From Candidatus Aminicenantales bacterium (GTDB lineage: Bacteria > Acidobacteriota > Aminicenantia > Aminicenantales > UBA8522): a stretch of DNA of 64,000 nt. The stretch spans positions 15,626-79,625 of the forward strand of contig JBAQGA010000189.1 of NCBI GenBank assembly GCA_049287565.1. The letters are read 5' to 3'. This document shows, piece after piece, positions 9,778-16,507 of this stretch (positions within the stretch are counted from its first letter, which is position 1; the number at the start of each line of letters is the position of its first letter). Made by a program: the position numbers and the translations under genes. The notes beneath the pieces were generated by a model, which was not told where the DNA came from, made no database searches, and was given only the letters and a program-made list of their open reading frames with translations.

Positions 9778-10247
9778 CGGATGATTCCCTTTATCAGGTG
9801 AGGGAAGAAGACGAAGACGCCGAATCGAAGGAATCGGCCGACAAAGCCGGTCGTCAGGAAAAGAGGGAAACTGATTCGGCAGATACCGGCGGTGATGCTG
9901 GTCCAGTAGAAGGGCGGAAATCCCAGGAAGGCGCTCGAGAAGAGTATGACTCCGGCCCCATAGCGCGAACGGGCGATCTTCGCCTGGACGGCCCGGATTT
10001 TCTCGCCCGGTTTCTTGATGGAAATCTTCAATATCCCCGCTGCAGCGAGATAAAAGATCGTCTTGCCGATCATCTGACCCAGTGTCGCCAGGAGGAGGAT
10101 CGGGATGGCCTGGGAGCGGGGTGTCAGAGCGGCCACCCAGACCAGATAGACCTCCATGATGTCGATGGGAAGGACACCCGCCACCAGGGAAACGATCAAG
10201 GTTGTGAGGTAGATTCCGTATTGGAGAAGGAGCGCCTCGAAGTTCAT
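9774..10247 (-). CDS. YqaA/DedA-family small inner-membrane protein
   Basis: 157 aa, 4 predicted TM; C-terminal YGAGVILFSS...CRISFPLFL...GRFLRF pattern resembles E. coli YqaA; 4-nt convergent overlap with deoC. Confidence 0.55.
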   Translation of the reverse strand: MNFEALLLQYGIYLTTLIVSLVAGVLPIDIMEVYLVWVAALTPRSQAIPILLLATLGQMIGKTIFYLAAAGILKISIKKPGEKIRAVQAKIARSRYGAGVILFSSAFLGFPPFYWTSITAGICRISFPLFLTTGFVGRFLRFGVFVFFPHLIKGIIR

Positions 10248-10500
10248 AGGCTCTGTTTGGGACTACAAAAGGAGAGCCGTCTAATTCCCTAAGTATTGAT
10301 AGGACAGGATAAAAAGTCAAATTTGAGAAGGAGCCCGGCCCTTGAATTTCCCTCCACCGCCCATTCCCTCATCCATATATACGGTTCAGCAGCTAAAAAA
10401 GTTGCTTCTGGGCAGCGCACCCAGGGGCGCCGGGCTTCGGAAATTTTTCCCCTCAAGGTCAACAAAGATATGGTATAAATAGGTGTCGAAAGAGGAAAAA

Positions 10501-12051
10501 ATGGCCTTCATCAGCATTTTTAACGATGTCCTGGGGCCGGTGATGCGGGGGCCGTCGAGCTCCCATACGGCCGGATCCTATCGCCTCGGCCGGATCGCCC
10601 GGTCCCTGCTCGGGGAAGAGCCGGTTTCGGCCGTTTTCACTTTCGACCCGGATGGCTCTTATGCCCGGACCTACAGAGAGCAGGGCGCCGATCTCGGATT
10701 CGCGGCCGGCCTCCAGGGGTGGCCGATTACAGATGAGCGCTTTCCACAGGCCCTCGAATCGGCCGCCCGGGCGGGGATGAAGATCGAGTTCCGGACGAAT
10801 CCTCTTCCTCTGGCCGATCATCCCAACACGGTCGAGATCAAACTCGTTGGGCGCCGGGGAAGACGGCTCAGGACGATCGGCCAATCAGTCGGCGGCGGTC
10901 TGGTCGTCGTGCGGCGGCTCGATGGCTGGGAAGTCGAAATAACGGGAAAAACCCATGATGTTCTGGTGATGTGTAAAGCTGCCGCCGTCCCCCGCTTGAA
11001 GGCGCCGGCCGGGCAGATGAAATCGCCTCCGAACGGAGTCATAGAGGTCATCCGCGGTGACAGGGCTCTGGTCCATTTCCAGAGTGCAGACGCCCTCGGC
11101 GAAGAGGACCTCGAAAGACTCCGCTCCCTGGACGGCGTTCAAGATATCCGGGCAGTCTCGCCCGTCTTCCATGTCCAGCGCGGCGGACCCCTCTTTTCCA
11201 GTGCCAAAGAGATACTCTCCCTGGCCGCGAGCCGCCGGGTCAGGCTCGGAAGATTGGCCCTGGCGTATGAGTCTCGTCTTCTCGGGCTCTCTGAAAAAGA
11301 GGCCAAGGAGGAGATGTTGAGACGTTGGGATATCATGGCCGCCGCGATCCGGAGCGGGCTCGGCGACCAGGACGTGAAGATGAAACTCCTCCGGCCGTCA
11401 GCGGCCGGGATCTTCAAAGTGGAAGCCGAGGGGCGGCTGGCCCTCGGCGGCCCGGCGACCCGGGCGGCGGCCCGGGCGATGGCCGTTCTTCACGTGAGCA
11501 ACAGCGGGGGGGTGGTCTGCGCCGCGCCGACCGGAGCTTCATCCGGCGTCATCCCCGGTGTCATGGCCACGCTGATTGAGACAAAGAAACTGTCATCTGA
11601 ACAAATCGCCCTGGCCCTTTTTGCAGCCTCGGCCGTCGGCCTGGTCATTGCCCGTCGGGCGACCTTCGCTGCCGAGGTGGCCGGCTGCCAGGTGGAGATC
11701 GGGGCGGCCGGCGCGATGGCCGCGGCCGCAGCCGTTGAGGCGATCGGCGGTTCCACCGAACTGGCCCTAGACGCAGCGGCCATCTCGCTCCAGAACAGCA
11801 TGGGATCGGTCTGCGACCTGGTGCAAGGCCTCTGTGAGATTCCCTGCCATACCCGTAACGCCGCTGCGGCCGCGGGTGCGCTGGTCTGCGCCGACCTGGT
11901 CCTCGGCGGGTACGTCAACCCGGTTCCTTTGGATGAGACCGTGGATGCAGTTTTCGCCGTCGGGAAAATGCTGCCCCGGGAACTGAGATGCACCTCGCTC
12001 GGGGGCTTGGCCGTGACTCCTTCGGCGCGGTGCCTGGCGCACCGGAAATGA
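10501..12051 (+). CDS. sdaA: L-serine dehydratase, Fe-S type, single-chain (beta-alpha fused)
   Basis: FISIFNDVLGPVMRGPSSSHTAGSYRLG N-terminal motif of L-SD beta domain, central ACT-like domain, C-terminal alpha-domain region; AGAGGA RBS before ATG 10501 (ORF track starts at upstream GTG 10483). Confidence 0.8.
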   Translation: MAFISIFNDVLGPVMRGPSSSHTAGSYRLGRIARSLLGEEPVSAVFTFDPDGSYARTYREQGADLGFAAGLQGWPITDERFPQALESAARAGMKIEFRTNPLPLADHPNTVEIKLVGRRGRRLRTIGQSVGGGLVVVRRLDGWEVEITGKTHDVLVMCKAAAVPRLKAPAGQMKSPPNGVIEVIRGDRALVHFQSADALGEEDLERLRSLDGVQDIRAVSPVFHVQRGGPLFSSAKEILSLAASRRVRLGRLALAYESRLLGLSEKEAKEEMLRRWDIMAAAIRSGLGDQDVKMKLLRPSAAGIFKVEAEGRLALGGPATRAAARAMAVLHVSNSGGVVCAAPTGASSGVIPGVMATLIETKKLSSEQIALALFAASAVGLVIARRATFAAEVAGCQVEIGAAGAMAAAAAVEAIGGSTELALDAAAISLQNSMGSVCDLVQGLCEIPCHTRNAAAAAGALVCADLVLGGYVNPVPLDETVDAVFAVGKMLPRELRCTSLGGLAVTPSARCLAHRK

Positions 12052-12078
12052 TCAACCGCTGAGCTCGGCTGCGGACTT

Positions 12079-12900
12079 CTAGCTGGTTCCTTTCTCCCGC
12101 CTCAACTTCTCCCGGGCTTCGGCGAACATCGGCTCGGCGTAGTCAGACGGCCAGGTGCGGTCCTCGAAACTCCGTTTCTCGATCAGCGTCAAGAAGCCCT
12201 TGAACTCCACGAAGTACGAACCATAGATGTGAAAGCTGTCCACGAGGTCGGCATAGCGGCCGACACGCACGGGACGGCCGGTCTTTTCCGCGATCCTTCC
12301 GGCGATGACGCGCTGCAGGTCGGTCAGGGCAAAGACATTCATGTAGGCCGCCTTGTAGGCGTCTCGCGAACGCCAGTGGGTATTCATGTTGAGGACGAGG
12401 CCATCCTTCTCGTCCGGAAGCAGCCGGCACCAGACCCGCTGCAGGCAGGGCGGGTCGTAGGTCGGGGGGTCATGCTTGGGGTTCCAGGTGATGGCCTGGG
12501 CCCGGCGGGAATGCCCCGCCTGGCTGAGTTTCTTGACGATATAGTTGACCTGGTCGATAACCGTGCCTTCGATCTCGTAGGCGAACAGGCGCTTGTGGTA
12601 AGTGTATGTCCACTTGCCTTCTTCCGGCGCGATCCAGTGGTCATGGACGCCGTCGACGACCTCCTGCCGATAGATCTCGAGGTCCTCCAGGCCGCCCGGG
12701 AAGGCGCGGTGGATGCGCGGCTCCAGGAAGGGGTCTTCCACCACCCACATCATCGTGCAGTCTTTGCTCGGCGGGTCGCCCGGCTTGTCGTATTCGGTCT
12801 CGATGGCCACCCCTTTCTCCCAGCAGGCCAGGACGGCCTTCTCCCAGGCTTCGGGCAAGGTCTTTCCGTGGACACAGAGCGTTGGAATCAGCCCTTGCAT
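12079..12900 (-). CDS. Thymidylate synthase (ThyA) superfamily protein, divergent
   Basis: SRRAQAITWNP...DPPC...HWRSRDAYKAAYMNVFALTDLQRVIAGRI aligns by eye with the ThyA SRRIIVSAWN...APCH...[20 protein letters not shown] core including the catalytic Cys; N-terminal half diverged. Confidence 0.55.
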   Translation of the reverse strand: MQGLIPTLCVHGKTLPEAWEKAVLACWEKGVAIETEYDKPGDPPSKDCTMMWVVEDPFLEPRIHRAFPGGLEDLEIYRQEVVDGVHDHWIAPEEGKWTYTYHKRLFAYEIEGTVIDQVNYIVKKLSQAGHSRRAQAITWNPKHDPPTYDPPCLQRVWCRLLPDEKDGLVLNMNTHWRSRDAYKAAYMNVFALTDLQRVIAGRIAEKTGRPVRVGRYADLVDSFHIYGSYFVEFKGFLTLIEKRSFEDRTWPSDYAEPMFAEAREKLRREKGTS

Positions 12901-12907
12901 CGGAACC

Positions 12908-13252
12908 TCACTTCTTCAGGAAAGCAGACACGAGGACCACGACTCCCACGGCGATCAGGATGAGCGGCCACCACTCCATGAACCCGATGAGATAAGAACC
13001 GCCGATGATCGCCAGGATGAGGCCGGCGGTGAGCCGTCCGCTGATCCCGCGCCGGCCTTCAGCCGAGAAAGCCCGGAGGAGCGCTTCGAGCAGGAATATC
13101 CCGCCCAATCCCACCAAAAAATAAGCCCACCAGTCCGCCCAGGAGATGCGGTCCATTTCGGTCAGGAGAAAGAGGACGCCGAGAAGGATTAAGATAAGGC
13201 CACCCGCTATTTTGGGATGATAATCCTGTTTTGTTTTGATATTTTCGTTCAT
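12908..13252 (-). CDS. Small membrane protein (LiaI/LiaF-TM-like), hypothetical
   Basis: 114 aa, 3-4 hydrophobic helices, no recognisable catalytic motif. Confidence 0.4.
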   Translation of the reverse strand: MNENIKTKQDYHPKIAGGLILILLGVLFLLTEMDRISWADWWAYFLVGLGGIFLLEALLRAFSAEGRRGISGRLTAGLILAIIGGSYLIGFMEWWPLILIAVGVVVLVSAFLKK

Positions 13253-13344
13253 CCCGTCTCTCCCGTTTTGAGTTGAGATTATCCTCCTATATCATAGCCG
13301 CCGCACCCGGTCAATGAGGCGGGAAAAAGGAGGGGGAGAAAAGA

Positions 13345-13392
13345 AAGGGGAGGGGGAGGGACATAGCCCCGGCCCCCTCCGGTCTTTTTGAT
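13345..13392 (-). terminator. Putative intrinsic terminator downstream of gdhA inside a 40-nt polypurine/polypyrimidine tract
   Basis: GGAGGGGG ... CCCCCTCC inverted repeat (8-bp G:C stem, ~16-nt loop) followed on the minus strand by CCTTTCTTTTCTCC; on the plus strand the same hairpin is followed by GGTCTTTTT. Confidence 0.4.
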
Positions 13393-13408
13393 AGGAAGGA
13401 ATTCCAGC

Positions 13409-14707
13409 TCAGGCTGCCCGCCCCAGGGCGGTCAGCGATTCCGCCACCCGGCCGACGCCCAGGATATAGGCGGCCTCCCTCATGGTGACGTTGTGTTTTT
13501 CCATCACGGCCACGACCTCCCAGAAAGCCTTTTTCATCTTTTTTTCGGTCTTTTCCCGGATCTCTTCCTCGGAAAAGAAGTAGCGCTGCAGGTCCTGCAC
13601 CCACTCCAAGTAGGAAACGGTGACCCCGCCAGCGTTGGCCAGGATATCCGGGGCGACGAGGACCTTCCTCTCTTTCAGGATCTCGTCCGCCTCCAGGGTC
13701 GTCGGGCCGTTGGCGCCCTCGAGGACGATCTTGGCCTTGACCGTATCGGCATTGTCCCGGTGGATCTGCCCTTCCACGGCGGCCGGGATGAGGATGTCAC
13801 AGGCGAAGGCGATGACGCCGTCGTTGTCGATCGGCTCGGTGCCGGGGAAATTGACGACGCTCCCCGTCTGGAGAACTTGCTTCTCCAGGGCGAACGGGTC
13901 GATCCCTTGGTCGCAGCGGATGCCGCCGAACATGTCTGTGACGGCGACGATCCGGCAGCCGGCCCGGTGGACCAGCTTGGCGATCGATGAGCCGACGTTG
14001 CCGAACCCGAGGATGGCCACCGTCTTTCCGGCAAGCGGGGTATCCAGGTGCCGGCAGGCTTCCTCCAGGACGAAAAACAGTCCGGTTCCGGTGGCCATCG
14101 CCCGGCCCAGAGAACCCCAGAGATTGACGGGCTTGCCGGTGACAACGGCGGGCTCCAGGTATCCTTGGCCCTGGCTGTAGGCGTCGGCAATCCAGGCCAT
14201 TGTCTGGGCGTTGGTGAACATGTCCGGCGCCGGGATATCCAAGTAAGGGCCGATGAAGTCCCTGATGGCGAAGATGTATTCTTTGGTCATCTTCTTGAGC
14301 TCGTTTTCCGACATCTTCAGCGGGTCGCAAATAATGGCCCCTTTGCCTCCTCCGAAGGGAAGATCGAGGACCGCGCATTTCCAGGTCATCCAGGAGGCCA
14401 AAGCCTTGCATTCGCTCAGCGACGCCTTCGGGCTGTAGCGGATGCCGCCCTTGGCCGGTCCGCGGACCCTGGAATGCTGGACCCGGAAGCCGGTGAAGGT
14501 CTCGGCCACCCCGCTGTCGAGGGTGATGGCCAGATGGACCGTCAGTTCCCGCTCGGGATGCTTGAGCCTCTGATAGACCCAGGGATCGAGGTCGAGGAAA
14601 TTGGCGGCTTGCTCGAACTGGAGAGTCGCCTCCAGGAACGGGTCATATTCCTTTTCTCTTAATTCCGGAAGAGGGCTGATGTACCTGATCTTGGCTTCGT
14701 CTTTCAT
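13409..14707 (-). CDS. gdhA: Glutamate dehydrogenase (Glu/Leu/Phe/Val DH family)
   Basis: 432 aa; GGIRYSPKASLSECKALASWMTWKCAVLDLPFGGGKGAI N-terminal catalytic motif and GFGNVG Rossmann motif. Confidence 0.9.
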   Translation of the reverse strand: MKDEAKIRYISPLPELREKEYDPFLEATLQFEQAANFLDLDPWVYQRLKHPERELTVHLAITLDSGVAETFTGFRVQHSRVRGPAKGGIRYSPKASLSECKALASWMTWKCAVLDLPFGGGKGAIICDPLKMSENELKKMTKEYIFAIRDFIGPYLDIPAPDMFTNAQTMAWIADAYSQGQGYLEPAVVTGKPVNLWGSLGRAMATGTGLFFVLEEACRHLDTPLAGKTVAILGFGNVGSSIAKLVHRAGCRIVAVTDMFGGIRCDQGIDPFALEKQVLQTGSVVNFPGTEPIDNDGVIAFACDILIPAAVEGQIHRDNADTVKAKIVLEGANGPTTLEADEILKERKVLVAPDILANAGGVTVSYLEWVQDLQRYFFSEEEIREKTEKKMKKAFWEVVAVMEKHNVTMREAAYILGVGRVAESLTALGRAA

Positions 14708-14720
14708 CGTCGTTCCCCCC

Positions 14721-14981
14721 TCAGTCGATTTCCTTGACCAGCAGCTTCAACAGCCGGTCATAACCCGATTTCTGGAATTGCAGGATGGGCACTTTTTTGC
14801 CATGATGATAGAGGTATTTGCCCTCGAGCCGGACTCTTTTTTTCGTCTTCGGATTTCGGGCGGCGATCTTGTGGACATCGGGCCAGGGGATGATTTCCGC
14901 CAGCTGGTCTTCGGCCGCCTCGGGAAGGGATTCTTCCCGGATGTCCTTGACGGCGCTGCCGGATTTTGAATGATTGCTCAT
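14721..14981 (-). CDS. Hypothetical small protein (86 aa), first gene of the predicted sigma-54 transcript
   Basis: ATG 14981 preceded by AAGGAGG RBS; the ORF-track N-terminus (15011) would lie inside the sigma-54 promoter so the internal start is preferred; no family recognised; 13-nt gap to gdhA. Confidence 0.45.
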   Translation of the reverse strand: MSNHSKSGSAVKDIREESLPEAAEDQLAEIIPWPDVHKIAARNPKTKKRVRLEGKYLYHHGKKVPILQFQKSGYDRLLKLLVKEID

Positions 14982-15014
14982 ATCGACCTCCTTATTAGAG
15001 CAGGCCAACATTAA

Positions 15015-15030
15015 AGCAATTCCCGTGCCA
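15015..15030 (-). promoter_or_regulatory. Predicted sigma-54 (RpoN) promoter TGGCACGGGAATTGCT (-24 GG / -12 GC)
   Basis: Minus-strand sequence TGGCAC-N5-TTGC matches the sigma-54 consensus TGGCACG-N4-TTGCW with correct spacing; about 35 nt upstream of the AAGGAGG-ATG of the small ORF and immediately downstream of a sigma-54-dependent regulator gene. Confidence 0.6.
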
Positions 15031-15133
15031 GAAGCTAAATTATTGATATGAAATAATATATGCTAAAAATAGATGAAGGATATTGCGTTTTGCGCTATTG
15101 CAATATGCAGTGATACTCCCCTGAGTCCGGACT

Positions 15134-16507
15134 TTATTGCTTTTCCCAGGCCTTGATTTTCCGGAAGAGGGAGGAAGGATGAATCCCCAGCACCTTGGCA
15201 GCCTGCGATCTGTTCTGGTTAACAGCTGCCAAAACTTTCTTGATATAGGCTTTCTCTAGTTTCTCTAAAGTCGGGAGCGAGTCGACAGGAACGATATCCT
15301 CGAACCCGGGGGAGTCGGGTATCTCCCGATATTCTCTGATTTCCGAGGGGAGATAGTTATACCGGACCTCCTCATCGGTATAGAGGGAGAGGACCCTTTC
15401 GATGATATTGCGGAGCTCCCGGGCATTGCCCGGCCAGGGATAAGCGAGGACGGCCTTGGCGGCTTCTTGGGAGATCCCTTTGTAGGCTCGTTTCAGCTCC
15501 TGGTTGAGCTCGCGGATGAACTGAAGGGCCAGGGGGACGATATCCTCCTGGCGCTCCCGCAGCGGTGGGATGACGATGGGCACGACATTCAGCCTGTAGA
15601 ACAGATCGGAGCGGAATTTGCCGCTCTCCGTGGCCTTGGCCAGGTCTATGTTCGTGGCGGCGATGACGCGGATGTTGACCTTGATCGGCTGGGTCCCTCC
15701 GAGGCGGTTGAACGTCCCTTCCTCCAACACCCGGAGCAGCTTGGCCTGGAGGTTGAACGACATATCCGCGATCTCGTCGAAGAAGATCGTCCCCTCGTCG
15801 CCCCTTTCCAGGAGCCCGATCTTCCTTTTGCGGGCATCGGTGAAAGCTCCGGCCTCGTAGCCGAACAGTTCACTCTCCAAGAGGTTCTCCGGAATGGCGG
15901 CGCAGTTGATCTCGACGATCGGCTTTTCCGCCCGCGGGCTGTGATAATGGACGGCCTTGGCCAGGAGCTCTTTTCCCGTCCCGCTCTCTCCCTGGAGGAG
16001 AACGGTCGTCCTATCGGCGGTGGCGACCCGTTTGGCCAGGCTGATGACCTCTTTCATTTTCCTGCTCTCGGCGATGATCCTTCCGAAGTAGTAGCGGCCC
16101 TTCTCCGATTCGAGATGCTCCAGGACCCGGATGCGGAGAGCCAGTGTTTCCAAGGCGCGATGGATAGTGTGCTTCAGGTCGCTAATCCGGAACGGCTTCA
16201 GCAGATAGTCATAGGCGCCGAGCTTCATCGATTCGACCGCCTTTTCCAGGATCTCATAGGCGCTCATCATGATGACGATCGTCTCCCGGTCGATGTCCTT
16301 GACGCGGCGCAAGACCTCGGTTCCCGAGATACCGGGGAGCATCAGGTCGAGAAGGATGAGCTGGGGCTTGTAGCGGACGACCATCTCCAGGGCCGCTTCC
16401 CCGGAATCGGCGACCAGGACCTCGTAATCCTCTTTCTCCAGCGCCTTCTTGAGGTTGTTCAGGGTCAGGATCTCGTCGTCGACGATCAGGATGGAGAACG
16501 TGCTCAA
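15134..16507 (-). CDS. Sigma-54-dependent response regulator (REC + AAA+ sigma-54 activator + Fis-type HTH, NtrC family)
   Basis: ILIVDDE...LDLMLPG receiver; GESGTGKE Walker A; ESELFGYEAGAFTDA sigma-54 interaction loop; C-terminal HTH. Confidence 0.9.
   Translation of the reverse strand: MSTFSILIVDDEILTLNNLKKALEKEDYEVLVADSGEAALEMVVRYKPQLILLDLMLPGISGTEVLRRVKDIDRETIVIMMSAYEILEKAVESMKLGAYDYLLKPFRISDLKHTIHRALETLALRIRVLEHLESEKGRYYFGRIIAESRKMKEVISLAKRVATADRTTVLLQGESGTGKELLAKAVHYHSPRAEKPIVEINCAAIPENLLESELFGYEAGAFTDARKRKIGLLERGDEGTIFFDEIADMSFNLQAKLLRVLEEGTFNRLGGTQPIKVNIRVIAATNIDLAKATESGKFRSDLFYRLNVVPIVIPPLRERQEDIVPLALQFIRELNQELKRAYKGISQEAAKAVLAYPWPGNARELRNIIERVLSLYTDEEVRYNYLPSEIREYREIPDSPGFEDIVPVDSLPTLEKLEKAYIKKVLAAVNQNRSQAAKVLGIHPSSLFRKIKAWEKQ

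Noticed and set aside
9034-10320. 428-aa minus-strand ORF spanning deoC and the yqaA-like gene
   Set aside because: Compositionally junk (R/G/P/D-rich) with no motifs; overlaps the bona fide deoC (antisense) and a coherent YqaA-like membrane protein in another frame.
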